From assembly GCA_965602015.1 (NCBI GenBank), contig OZ271918.1, forward strand, positions 3,424,001 through 3,488,000: a stretch of DNA of 64,000 nt. The letters run 5' to 3'. Of the stretch, positions 1 to 9,579 are shown one piece after another (the first letter of the stretch is position 1; the number at the start of each line of letters is the position of its first letter). The notes beneath the pieces were generated by a model. It did no database searches. It was not told where the DNA came from and worked only from the letters and a program-made list of their open reading frames with translations. Made by a program: the position numbers and the translations under genes. The DNA is from Salinispira sp. (GTDB lineage Bacteria > Spirochaetota > Spirochaetia > DSM-27196 > Salinispiraceae).

Positions 1-151
1 CTGGAATCGGCAATTCGCTTTTTACCCTTCGGACTGATCCCGACGGGTAGTTGTCCGTTGGCGATTTTCATCGCCGTTCCCGCCGTCAGCCGGTCATCTC
101 CAAAATAAAACGGTTTGCCGACGCGGTCTTTTTTTGTGGTCTTGGTCGAAG

Positions 152-844
152 TCATGGTTGATCTCCGGTTATTTTGTCCCCGCTGCGGGGAGCTGCAAAG
201 GCTAGCAAGAGGCCAAGAGCCACAGACAGCAGTGCAGCGAACAGTGTGCGGTAGGTGTCGGGAAGCAGAAAGGTGACAGTGTGGGCGGGAATCCAGAACA
301 GCGGAATGGTGCGGGCAAAAACGAACCCCCACATTCTCTTCCAGTCGGTGGCCTCAAGCAGTTCCCGGGTGTTCCAGTTTCGGAGAGGGAAGCGCCCTGC
401 GTGTGCTGCGATGAATCTGTCGCTAAGGTGGTGAAATATCATCATAACCGGGGCGAAGAACAGATTCATGAAGAGCGATATCAGAAAGGCTCCGGCAACC
501 GGAAGCCCAAAAATCCCGGCGGCAAAAGCTCCGGGAAAGGCGGATTGAACTCCCGCTGAGAAAATCCCGAAGATCCAGTATATAAGAACTCCGATGAAGC
601 CCCAAACGACCATCTTGGGCAATAGCCCGAAACCCTCCGGCAGGTAGCGGCCGGGCCCGCCCCTACGCACCCGTCCCGCGAGCATTTCTCCGGCGGTGGC
701 CAGAACGGCGAATTTGATAAAACTGATGATCAGGGGAATGGCGGCGTACGCCGTTTCGTAAACCTGCCTGGTGGCCGGAAGGAGGAAAAAAGCCGCAAAA
801 ATGAGCGCCAGAGCGAGGGCGGCGGCATCGGAGAATCTGAACAT
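152..844 (-). CDS. Mpv17/PMP22-like membrane protein
   Basis: 230 aa hydrophobic ORF with FWIPAHTVTFLLP motif typical of the family. Confidence 0.6.
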   Translation of the reverse strand: MFRFSDAAALALALIFAAFFLLPATRQVYETAYAAIPLIISFIKFAVLATAGEMLAGRVRRGGPGRYLPEGFGLLPKMVVWGFIGVLIYWIFGIFSAGVQSAFPGAFAAGIFGLPVAGAFLISLFMNLFFAPVMMIFHHLSDRFIAAHAGRFPLRNWNTRELLEATDWKRMWGFVFARTIPLFWIPAHTVTFLLPDTYRTLFAALLSVALGLLLAFAAPRSGDKITGDQP

Positions 845-934
845 AGAGGCTCCTTGAAAACTGCCTCCATTATATGCCCGGGGGTATAATCTGGCTATGA
901 GAATTTCAATATATTGAACAAACCGATGTGAGGT

Positions 935-1657
935 CTAATCCTTGAGCGGGGCAACGATAATCTCCCGCAGTTCCTGCGACGCCCGATTGCCTTCTCCCGG
1001 GGCATAGCGCCGGGGAGAATGAATGATGAGTTCGACCTTGGCGGGGGTAATAAGGCCCTCTTTCTCGAACAAGGCCCGGGAATTTTTGAGGGTGACGGGC
1101 AAAACCGTAAGCTGCTTATCCGCCAGCAGTCGAATGCCTGCCGTGTTGAACTTCCCGGGCTCCCCGCTGCGAGACCTGGTTCCCTCGGGAAACAGCACCA
1201 TGCACTGGCCGTTTTCCACCTGCAAGGCCGCAGCCTTGAGGGCATCGATGGCGGCCCGGAGGTTTTTCCGGTCGATAAAGACGCATCCGATGGCCTTCAT
1301 CCATGAGGATACAAAGGGAATTTTGCGAAGTTCGGTTTTCGCAATGAATCCGAGAGTTCGGGGTATTGCCGACAGAAGAATGGGAATATCCATGCTGCCC
1401 TGATGGTTGCCAACGACGCAGAATGCCCCGTTTTCCGGAATGTGCTCTTTTCCGCGTACTGTAATATGGGCGCCGGATGTGAGCATGTGCTGCCAGCCCC
1501 AAAACCGGGTTACTCCGAGCACGAAGCCTTTCGCCGCTTTTTGTGCCCGCAGCAGCCTTAATATGCCCAGGGGTAAAAGAAGGAAGAACGAGACAAAAAG
1601 CATGGTCCACATCCAGGCAAAAAACAGAATGGTGTGAATCCAGGTGAGTATTTTCAA
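935..1657 (-). CDS. plsC: 1-acyl-sn-glycerol-3-phosphate acyltransferase
   Basis: NHQGSMD (HX4D), FIDR and FPEGTRS motifs; GGAGG RBS. Confidence 0.85.
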   Translation of the reverse strand: MKILTWIHTILFFAWMWTMLFVSFFLLLPLGILRLLRAQKAAKGFVLGVTRFWGWQHMLTSGAHITVRGKEHIPENGAFCVVGNHQGSMDIPILLSAIPRTLGFIAKTELRKIPFVSSWMKAIGCVFIDRKNLRAAIDALKAAALQVENGQCMVLFPEGTRSRSGEPGKFNTAGIRLLADKQLTVLPVTLKNSRALFEKEGLITPAKVELIIHSPRRYAPGEGNRASQELREIIVAPLKD

Positions 1658-1712
1658 CGGATACCTCCGGGTTGCTCAGCAGTATACCGTTCTGACCCCC
1701 GAGTATCCAGCG

Positions 1713-1742
1713 CAAAAAAAGGGCCGGCATACATACCGGCCC
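1713..1742 (-). terminator. Intrinsic terminator after sugar ABC operon
   Basis: agggccgg/ccggccct stem followed by a T-run on the minus strand. Confidence 0.7.
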
Positions 1743-1783
1743 TCCTGGTACTCAGTGAAATAGTGCGGGTAAACAGCACATCA

Positions 1784-2746
1784 TCACTCTTTGACGCCTC
1801 CGGCGGACAGTCCGCCCACAAGCCGTTTCTGGATGGTCATAAACAGGGCGATAACCGGAATGGCCGTCAGCATCGATGCCGACATGATCCGGTCCCAAAT
1901 GGCGTTTTTTGATACAAACAGGCTGTTCAGGCCGATGGGCAGGGTGTAAATGTCCCTGTAGGCCTTGAGGAAAACCGATGCGAACAGGTATTCGTTCCAG
2001 GCAATCATAAACGAATAGATGTACACCGTCGCCAGGGCTGAAAAACTCAGGGGGATAATAATCCTGAAGATCGTTTCAAAACGGGTGCATCCGTCTATAA
2101 GGGCCGCTTCCTCGATTGAAAAGGGGATGGACCGGAAGAAATTGCCCAACATGTACAGGGACACCGGCAGGGTCTGGACCATATAGATGATCAGCAGGGC
2201 AATAAAGGTTCCCCACTGGGTTCTCGCCAGTCCGATGTCAACGGCCATTTTATACAGGGGAATCAGAAGCAGTATGCCTCCGAACATGTAGACAAACAGT
2301 ACCCCCCTCTGGATTACCGCCCGGCCCTTGTAGTTCGTACGGGCAAACGAATACGCTCCGAATACCGCCAGCATCAGGCTGATCAACGCCGCGATGGATG
2401 AAAGGAGGATGCTGTTACCGAAATACCTGAGGAAGGGGAACACATCCCCGGTATCCTGGTAGCGGGCGATTATCGCCTCCCTCTGCTCCCTGGTTAGCTC
2501 CGGACTCTCCTCGAGCAGGGTCACGATTGATTCAGGAACATTCTGCAGGGATTGTCCGATTCCCAAAAGCTCCCGGTATGCTTCGAAATTGAGCTGGGTG
2601 GGGATCAGCGAGGGATTACCCCAGTCCCACTGATATTTCAGGGAAGTCGAGAGCATCTGAACGAAGGGAAACAACGCGAAGGTCAGGATGAGCAGTATCA
2701 GCAGGACGAAACCGGTTTTATGAAATACGGTGTTTTTCCTTACCAT
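1784..2746 (-). CDS. Carbohydrate ABC transporter permease (MalG/YcjP-like)
   Basis: EEAALIDG EAA loop, WNEYLFA, multiple TM segments. Confidence 0.9.
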   Translation of the reverse strand: MVRKNTVFHKTGFVLLILLILTFALFPFVQMLSTSLKYQWDWGNPSLIPTQLNFEAYRELLGIGQSLQNVPESIVTLLEESPELTREQREAIIARYQDTGDVFPFLRYFGNSILLSSIAALISLMLAVFGAYSFARTNYKGRAVIQRGVLFVYMFGGILLLIPLYKMAVDIGLARTQWGTFIALLIIYMVQTLPVSLYMLGNFFRSIPFSIEEAALIDGCTRFETIFRIIIPLSFSALATVYIYSFMIAWNEYLFASVFLKAYRDIYTLPIGLNSLFVSKNAIWDRIMSASMLTAIPVIALFMTIQKRLVGGLSAGGVKE

Positions 2747-3621
2747 TTAAGTACCCTCTTCACATACACGATTATGATGCCCAATAGCAGCACGAATTGA
2801 ATGAGCGCGAGAGCGCTGGCATCGCCTAATTCCATGGTCCCGACGAAGGCTTTGAAATAGGTGTATATCGGCAGGGTTTTGATGTTCGTACCCGTGAGCA
2901 GAAACACTTCTTCGAATTTATTGAAGTTCCAGATAAACCTTAGAAGCATCAGGGCTCCAACGACGAAATACAGCTCCGGCACCGTTATATGCCTGAACTT
3001 GTGCCAGCCGTTGGCGCCGTCGATCTCCGCCGCCTCGTACAGGCTTTCATCGATGGCCTGCAGCCGGGAGAGGATCATCAGATAGCTGAACGGAAAGTTC
3101 TTCCAGATATTAAAGATGATAAGGACCCAGAGGGCGTTCTGGGGGTCTCTGATGAGGTTGAACCGTTCGCTCACCCATCCAAGCTGTTCGACCAGGGTAT
3201 GCATGAAAATTCCATTAACCGGGTCGAAGAAAAACTGCCAGGAGAACACTACGGATATTACCGGAGCCACGTAGGGGAACAGAATGAGGCTCCTGACAAG
3301 CCCCCGCAGGGGAAACTCCCGGTTCATTACCATGGCGACCCCGAGACCTGCCAGGGTGGTTCCCACGGTGGACAGCAGGACGTAGAGAAAGGTCATGAGA
3401 ACAGAGCGCCAGAATTCGCTGTCGGCGATGATGCTGGTGTAGTTCCGTATTCCGATGAATCGATTGGATCCCATGAGGGAAACATCGAAAAAACTCAGAT
3501 AGACATTGTAGATGATGGGATAGAGGATGAGCAGCAGGATTATTATGAGCGCAGGAGCGATTAATCCCCAGCCCAGTCTGGCTTCCCGTTCATCATTGGT
3601 TAATGCGCGTAAAGCAGGCAT
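2740..3621 (-). CDS. Carbohydrate ABC transporter permease (MalF/YcjO-like)
   Basis: LYEAAEIDGA EAA motif; overlaps next permease. Confidence 0.9.
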   Translation of the reverse strand: MPALRALTNDEREARLGWGLIAPALIIILLLILYPIIYNVYLSFFDVSLMGSNRFIGIRNYTSIIADSEFWRSVLMTFLYVLLSTVGTTLAGLGVAMVMNREFPLRGLVRSLILFPYVAPVISVVFSWQFFFDPVNGIFMHTLVEQLGWVSERFNLIRDPQNALWVLIIFNIWKNFPFSYLMILSRLQAIDESLYEAAEIDGANGWHKFRHITVPELYFVVGALMLLRFIWNFNKFEEVFLLTGTNIKTLPIYTYFKAFVGTMELGDASALALIQFVLLLGIIIVYVKRVLKW

Positions 3622-3641
3622 GGCAATACCTCTTTTCCAGT

Positions 3642-3671
3642 AAAACGGCCGCAGAACTATCTGCGGCCGTT
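3642..3671 (-). other. Intercistronic stem-loop between SBP and permease genes
   Basis: aacggccgcaga/tctgcggccgtt perfect inverted repeat. Confidence 0.65.
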
Positions 3672-3681
3672 AGTTCGAATG

Positions 3682-5052
3682 CTATTCGTTGACTATTTGC
3701 CTCATTGCTTGTTCCGCCCGGGTCATGGCGGTGTCGACCGCCACTCCTTCCTGGGTAATGGAGAAGAGCATCTGGGGAATAATCTGGTTGGAGAAAATCG
3801 CGCTGGCCGCTTCAATGCGTACGCCGTCTACAATGGAGAAGGTCTCGATTTCGTTCATGCCGGAAATGATTTCCGCCATTTTATCGGCGCCGTAGTTCTT
3901 GAATACCCCGTTGGGGTCGTTCTGGAAGCGCGCATTGGTGGCGATTTCCCGGAGCACGGGGTTCATTCCGCCTGGAGCCATATGCAGATAGGTGATGTAG
4001 GCGTTGGGGGTGTAGAGGTAGCGCAGGAACGCCGCAGCCGCTTCGGTCACTGCCGAGTCTTCCTGTTGGGGCAGAGCCATACTTACCACGACTCCGTAAC
4101 CCGCGGGTTCTGTGTTGGTGATAATGGGAGCCAGGGCGGTGTTGCTTACCAGCTCAGGGTCGAAGGACGCACCCTCGAGATCGGCGAAATTTTCGCTGGT
4201 CAGACTTCCGGCAGCCACATCGGCGATGGCGATATCGTCCATGATGTAGGTGGAGTAGAAGAACATGGCCATTTTACCCTGAAGGTAATAATCCCGTGCT
4301 CGCCATGTTTGTGGACCCGGTGGATTGTACTGCGCCAGTTCGGCGTAGTATTCAACGGCTTCCCTCATTTCCGGGCTGTTGAAGATCAAATTCCCCTCCC
4401 GGTCGAACAGGGCTGCGCCATTCGCCATGGCGATGGGAGTGAAGGACTGCTCGGTGAACGCTTCGGCAGTGGTTCCCACCAGAATGCCGTACTGATTGTT
4501 CTCCGGCTGATAGAAGTACTCGGCGGCGGTGAGAATGTTTTCCCAGGTATTCGGCGGATCCAGACCCGCCTCTTCGAACCAGTCGGATCGGTACCAGATG
4601 CCCTGAATCCAGCCGTGATAGGGCAGGGCGTAGTAGCCGCCTTCACCGTCGTTAACCAGCCGCAATACCCCGTCGTAGAAATTTTCCGCTCCGATGCTGT
4701 CTAGGACGGAGGCGATTGCGTCCTTGTCCATGAAGCCCTCGGCACCGAAGGTAACGGCGTTTTCCGCTCCCAGTTCGATGAGGCCCGGCAGGTTGCCCGC
4801 CGCCGCTGCGGCATTGATCTGGGTCGGGATGTCATTTTCATCCACGGGGATGAGGTTAATGGTGACATTCGGATTGATGGCGCTGTAGGTATCGATGAGT
4901 ACCTGGATTGTCGCCATGCGGTCGGACTGGGTCTGGGTCGTCCAGAAATCAAATTCGACCGGGCCGGCGGCGGTTTCACGTGCGCATCCGGTGAACAGCA
5001 CCGCGGTTATCAATAAAGACGCGGTTAAAAAAACTAGCAGTAGACGCTTCAT
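3682..5052 (-). CDS. Sugar ABC transporter substrate-binding lipoprotein (YcjN-like)
   Basis: Lipobox LFTGC; FYDGVLRLV, GIWYR and TEQSF segments resemble YcjN. Confidence 0.85.
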   Translation of the reverse strand: MKRLLLVFLTASLLITAVLFTGCARETAAGPVEFDFWTTQTQSDRMATIQVLIDTYSAINPNVTINLIPVDENDIPTQINAAAAAGNLPGLIELGAENAVTFGAEGFMDKDAIASVLDSIGAENFYDGVLRLVNDGEGGYYALPYHGWIQGIWYRSDWFEEAGLDPPNTWENILTAAEYFYQPENNQYGILVGTTAEAFTEQSFTPIAMANGAALFDREGNLIFNSPEMREAVEYYAELAQYNPPGPQTWRARDYYLQGKMAMFFYSTYIMDDIAIADVAAGSLTSENFADLEGASFDPELVSNTALAPIITNTEPAGYGVVVSMALPQQEDSAVTEAAAAFLRYLYTPNAYITYLHMAPGGMNPVLREIATNARFQNDPNGVFKNYGADKMAEIISGMNEIETFSIVDGVRIEAASAIFSNQIIPQMLFSITQEGVAVDTAMTRAEQAMRQIVNE

Positions 5053-5155
5053 ACAAAGCCTCCTAAGATTTTTTTCGGGAGAATGCCGGACCGTGATTCG
5101 CCGCGAATTCTCTCCACTACCTCGTTCAGTGTTTTTTTACCTGGTACTGCAGACG

Positions 5156-5205
5156 TGCCAACGATGGCATACATCCATCGTACGACCGATGATTTGAGCT
5201 GTCAA
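5156..5205 (-). promoter_or_regulatory. Sigma70 promoter of ABC operon with LacI-type operator
   Basis: Minus strand TTGACA(5205-5200)-17bp-TACGAT(5182-5177); palindrome TGCCAACGATGGCA at 5156-5169 just downstream of the predicted start site. Confidence 0.75.
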
Positions 5206-5320
5206 ATATTTTAGAGATAAAAACGCCTGTGCTGCTGCGGCAGACGTTGGCGATTTCTCCTCGCTGCTGTTACAATTGCGGGGCGCAGGGAGGGAATCCC
5301 TCCATATGTTCGGAGGAATC

Positions 5321-6340
5321 ATGGAAGGCTGTTCGGACAAAGTGACCATCAAGGATATCGCCCGGATGGCCGGAGTGTCGATCCGAACAGTCTCCCGGGT
5401 AATCAATAATAACCCCCGGGTCAGCGCGGAAACGCGGCGAAAAGTAGAAGAAATCATATCCGAAAAGGGATTTCAGCCGAACATTGTTGCCCAGTCCCTC
5501 CGCCGGCGAAAAACGAATACTCTGGTTATTTTTATCGAGCGCCAGGACGTGAGGCACTGGTCCCAGTATCATCCCCGGGTGGTTAACAGCCTGGTTGACC
5601 GGGCTCACCTCCGGGGATATCACGTGGTGATTTCATACTCGAACCCCCACTCATTTGAGGAAAATCAGAACGACGGATTTTACCTCCTTCGAAACGGCTA
5701 CGCCGATGCGGCCATCGTCCTCGACACAAATCATGAGGACCGAAGGGTGGAATATATGCTTAAAAACAATATCCCCTTTGTGATTCTGGGACACAGTCCT
5801 CAGCCTGAAAAAAGTTCCTGGGTGCGTTTGGATGACCGTCTGGCAGGACGGCTGATCGGGTCGTTTATCCTTCAACGCGAACTTCTCCCTGCCGTAGGCT
5901 TCTTCGGCGGAGGGAACTTCATCGTCACCGAGGACCGTCTTCAGGGAATTCTCGAAGGTCTTTCCCATCGCGCCGGCGAATTCGAAGCCCGGATGGATTG
6001 CCGGGACATGGAAGGGACCTACCGCAGGGCCTCCGGAGCTCTTTCGGGATTTCGCTGCGCCTTTGTGTCCGGCGATGACCGGGCGCCGGGGGTGTACCGG
6101 GCTGCTCGGGATGCGGGCCTTTCGATACCGAAGGATCTTGCTGTAATCGGATTCGACAATAATCCCCTGGCCGCATTTCTCTCTCCGCCTCTCACCAGCG
6201 TTGATCAGCCCTACGACAGCTTCGCAGAAGACCTTATCCGCATCATCGACGATCTGCAGGCCGACCCGGGCTGCATCCGACAGATTACCCATGAACCGTT
6301 TATCATAGAAAGGGGCTCGACCCCCGGAGGCGCCGGGTAA
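5321..6340 (+). CDS. LacI-family transcriptional regulator
   Basis: TIKDIARMAGVSIRTVSRVIN HTH; GFDN..PPLTSV; GGAGG RBS before ATG 5321. Confidence 0.9.
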   Translation: MEGCSDKVTIKDIARMAGVSIRTVSRVINNNPRVSAETRRKVEEIISEKGFQPNIVAQSLRRRKTNTLVIFIERQDVRHWSQYHPRVVNSLVDRAHLRGYHVVISYSNPHSFEENQNDGFYLLRNGYADAAIVLDTNHEDRRVEYMLKNNIPFVILGHSPQPEKSSWVRLDDRLAGRLIGSFILQRELLPAVGFFGGGNFIVTEDRLQGILEGLSHRAGEFEARMDCRDMEGTYRRASGALSGFRCAFVSGDDRAPGVYRAARDAGLSIPKDLAVIGFDNNPLAAFLSPPLTSVDQPYDSFAEDLIRIIDDLQADPGCIRQITHEPFIIERGSTPGGAG

Positions 6341-6349
6341 TACAGGAGA

Positions 6350-7447
6350 ATGCATATGACTATCGGCTCGAAGTTCATTATCGCCGTCCCGATCTGCGAA
6401 AATCTCGACGAGACCTGGCGGGTAATCGATTCATATCTCGAACTCGAGCCCGGCGGATTTATGGTAGGCGTCGGCGGGAAGCTGCCGGTCTTGTCGCCTC
6501 CGGGCCGGCGGGATCTGGTTGATTACGGAATGCTCAGCAGATTTATCTCCGACCTCAAGCGCCGTGCCCCGCAGGCATTTGTCGCAGTGGATGCCGAGGG
6601 CGGGAGTATTTTTAATATTCTTGAGGGCACCAGTCCCCTGAAGTCAACCCGCAGCTATGCGGGGTTCCGGTCCGACACCCGGTTGACCGTCGAGCTCGCG
6701 GAGCATTTGACCAGCCACGCGGAACTGCTGGCGGGGATAGGAGTCGATATCAACTTCGCCCCTCTTCTCGATGTTCCCCTGCCGGGCTACCTGGGCTATG
6801 CCGCCGAAGACAATCGATGCGTGTCCGATGATCCCGGGGAAATTTATGATTTTGCAGAGTTGTTTATCGAAACTCACCGGAAACAGGGCGTGCTGTGCAC
6901 CGCCAAACACTTTCCGGGCTACGGCCACCTTAATACCAATCCCCATACACGCCTCAGCGCAGAAGCCGCCGGCTGGAATGCAGACCTGGCGCTGGCCCCG
7001 TACCGAAGGCTTATACGCGAAAATCAGCTCGATGCGCTGATGCTTGGGCATTGCACAACTCCCCTTCATCCGGGAATACCCGCAACCCTCGCCCCGGCGG
7101 CATTGAATTTGCTTCGTGATGAGTTGGGCTTCAACGGTATTGCGGTAGCCGACGAGCTTTTTATGGGAGCGGTAAACGACTATTACCGGAGCGATTCTTC
7201 GGGTCGAAGCGACGGGGATCCCGAGGGGGAACAGCGCGCCGTTGATGCCTGGGAACTCTGCGACCTCATAATCGTCAGTTATCCCATTCAAAACCGGGAC
7301 GGCACCGTAAGTGGTATTCCCGGGGGGGAACGCCGTTTGCCGCGGATGATTTCCGCCGTGAAGGCCGCTCTCGAGGACGGGCGCATCACCTCTGGTTCCC
7401 TGGAGCTCAGTGGGGAGCGCCTGAGACGGGCGGGGCTTTTAAAATAA
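6350..7447 (+). CDS. Glycoside hydrolase family 3 (NagZ-like, single domain)
   Basis: VDAEGG, NFAPLLD, KHFPGYG, ADELFMGA motifs. Confidence 0.8.
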   Translation: MHMTIGSKFIIAVPICENLDETWRVIDSYLELEPGGFMVGVGGKLPVLSPPGRRDLVDYGMLSRFISDLKRRAPQAFVAVDAEGGSIFNILEGTSPLKSTRSYAGFRSDTRLTVELAEHLTSHAELLAGIGVDINFAPLLDVPLPGYLGYAAEDNRCVSDDPGEIYDFAELFIETHRKQGVLCTAKHFPGYGHLNTNPHTRLSAEAAGWNADLALAPYRRLIRENQLDALMLGHCTTPLHPGIPATLAPAALNLLRDELGFNGIAVADELFMGAVNDYYRSDSSGRSDGDPEGEQRAVDAWELCDLIIVSYPIQNRDGTVSGIPGGERRLPRMISAVKAALEDGRITSGSLELSGERLRRAGLLK

Positions 7448-7540
7448 GCGGGGACGCCATGAACAACTGCGCTGACGCTCCGACAAGCATGAAGGCTGCG
7501 GCCGAATATCCGCCGCGTATTTCAAGGCTAATGGAAAATA

Positions 7541-8017
7541 TCACCGCCCCTCGTGTACCCTCCCGTGGAGGGTCCTGCGAAGGGCAAACAGGCGGTGTTT
7601 TGCGCTCCCCTCGGGGATATTTAGGGTGCGGGCAAGTTCCGCGACGCTTCGCCTTTGGACGTAAAACAGCTCATAGAGGCGGCGCTCCCCACGGGACAGG
7701 CCCTCTATTGCGTATCGCAGGGCGAGACGTCTGAGGTCGGTTTTGTCCGCACCGGGAATTCCCTCGCTGAGCCGCTGCTCCAAGTTGCGGTACCGGCTTT
7801 TGTAATAAAACTTATGGAGAATATTTCGGGCTATCGCGAAGACCCAGGTAGCATGCGATGACTCCCCCCGAAAACGCCGGCCGGCGAGAAAGATGGCGAG
7901 CAGGGCTTCCTGGGTGAGATCCTCCGCCTCCGCCCGGTCCACGATATTGCGCTGAAAAAAACGCAAAAGGGGTCTTTCGTACCGTTTTATGAGGTAATTA
8001 ATCTCATCGCTTTTCAT
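7541..8017 (-). CDS. ECF RNA polymerase sigma factor
   Basis: AEDLTQEA..WVFAIARN region 2; region 4 HTH. Confidence 0.85.
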   Translation of the reverse strand: MKSDEINYLIKRYERPLLRFFQRNIVDRAEAEDLTQEALLAIFLAGRRFRGESSHATWVFAIARNILHKFYYKSRYRNLEQRLSEGIPGADKTDLRRLALRYAIEGLSRGERRLYELFYVQRRSVAELARTLNIPEGSAKHRLFALRRTLHGRVHEGR

Positions 8018-8039
8018 TATGCCGGCCTTCGTCGCGAAG

Positions 8040-8660
8040 TCACATCACCTCCAGCCTGTCCTTCAGAAGCCGAGGGTGCTGCTTTGACGCGAAAGACTCC
8101 AGGGTGGTCAGAATGAGATCGTATTCCCGTTCGGTTCTGCGCATGGCGCTGCGTTTCATCTCCGCCATGATTTCCAGGAGACTTTCGGGGCTGTGTCCGT
8201 TAATCATGAGCTGCATGGCCTTTGCAATTCCCGGATGCGGGGCACGGTCTACAAAGCCTTCGAGGGCAAGCGGCGGGTGCATCTGGATAAAATAGGAAAA
8301 CCGAAGCAGAAACTCCTTGGGATCCTCTGAAAACGAGGTGTCCGGGAAATGAGCGGCTGCATCGGCGGCCCGATTTGGCTCATCCCGCATAAACCGGTGA
8401 TAAATATTCAAATGGTGCTCGAATACATCCAGCCCCTGTCGCCCGGCATTGCGGGGAAGATTTCCTTCGGCCTCCCGCATCTCCTCCTGTATCATTTCGA
8501 CGGCCCGGGGAGACATGTTGCGGAAAATAACTTTCCTCATCGCCTCGTCCAGTTCCAGGAGCGCCGGAGTTAATACTTCTGTTTCAATCTCCCGAAGGGC
8601 CATCTGGATTATGCGGTTGTTGTAGTCCGAGTTCTCTTCAAAATCATGTATATGTTTCAT
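8040..8660 (-). CDS. FliG C-terminal-domain protein with MotA-like C-terminal segment
   Basis: IQMALREI..IFRNMSPRAVEMIQEEM (FliG-C); LALEGFVD..AKAMQLMING..HPRLLKDRL resembles MotA cytoplasmic helices. Confidence 0.6.
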   Translation of the reverse strand: MKHIHDFEENSDYNNRIIQMALREIETEVLTPALLELDEAMRKVIFRNMSPRAVEMIQEEMREAEGNLPRNAGRQGLDVFEHHLNIYHRFMRDEPNRAADAAAHFPDTSFSEDPKEFLLRFSYFIQMHPPLALEGFVDRAPHPGIAKAMQLMINGHSPESLLEIMAEMKRSAMRRTEREYDLILTTLESFASKQHPRLLKDRLEVM

Positions 8661-8769
8661 TTGCGTCTCCTTATATACTTGTAGTACCGTTTCATGCGAA
8701 AAGGTTTAAAAAAATCTCGGGCGACGAGGTTTTTTCCGCATTGCCGCTGCGTGCGGACTGGGAGGAAAT

Positions 8770-9570
8770 ATGGACAGTATTTTTAGCGGAGATAGCTACC
8801 ATACCGAGGGAAGCCGGCGGCTCCCGCTGAGTCATTACCTGTTTTTGGGAAGCCGGTGGGGTATGCATTTCACGTTTATCAAGGACATCGTGTTTCGTTA
8901 CCGGCGGGAAGTTCTCGACGGGGTGTACACCGATCAGAGATGGGTGGACAGCTCTCACCATTCACTGCGGATAATTGAGCAATACGGCGGACAAATACAC
9001 ATTACCGGCATGGACAATCTCACCAGAGGAGACGGCCCCTACGTAATCATCGCTAATCATATGAGCACCCTGGAGACCGCTGTGCTTCCGGGTATTATCA
9101 GGCCCCACATGCCGGTCACCTTCGTGGTGAAAAAGAGCCTCACCGAGGGTAATATATTTGGGCACATTATGCGGAGCCGGGACCCCATCGCCGTGGGCAG
9201 GGTGAATCCCCGGGAGGATTTAACCACGGTTCTCACCGAAGGGGTGAAGCGGCTCGAAAAGGGAATCTCTGTGATTATCTTTCCCCAAGCCACCCGAACG
9301 CCGGAGTTCGACCCCGAGAAATTCAACAGCCTCGGAATCAAGCTGGCTCTTCGGGCCGGGGTAAAAGTCATACCCATCGCGTTGAAGACTGATTTTTGGG
9401 GTGAGGGGAGCATAATCCGGGGCTTCGGACGAATCCGGCGGAAAAACCCGATTCATTTTGAAATCGGGGAACCCATAGAACCCGAAGGTCGGGGAAAAGA
9501 AGCCCACCAGAAGATTGTCGATTTCATCCAGGACCGCCTGCGAACATGGCGGGAACAGGATGGCAGATAA
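8770..9570 (+). CDS. Lysophospholipid acyltransferase family protein
   Basis: NHMSTLE and IFPQATR variant motifs. Confidence 0.8.
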   Translation: MDSIFSGDSYHTEGSRRLPLSHYLFLGSRWGMHFTFIKDIVFRYRREVLDGVYTDQRWVDSSHHSLRIIEQYGGQIHITGMDNLTRGDGPYVIIANHMSTLETAVLPGIIRPHMPVTFVVKKSLTEGNIFGHIMRSRDPIAVGRVNPREDLTTVLTEGVKRLEKGISVIIFPQATRTPEFDPEKFNSLGIKLALRAGVKVIPIALKTDFWGEGSIIRGFGRIRRKNPIHFEIGEPIEPEGRGKEAHQKIVDFIQDRLRTWREQDGR

Positions 9571-9579
9571 GACTGCGTT

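Noticed and set aside
1..150. Possible riboswitch at the window start
   Set aside because: No convincing consensus; may be the start of a minus-strand ORF running off the window.
3679..4704. Long antisense ORFs (also 36270-37253, 45144-46283, 51752-52654, 53905-54813)
   Set aside because: Shadow frames of well-supported genes in GC-rich DNA, with no motifs.
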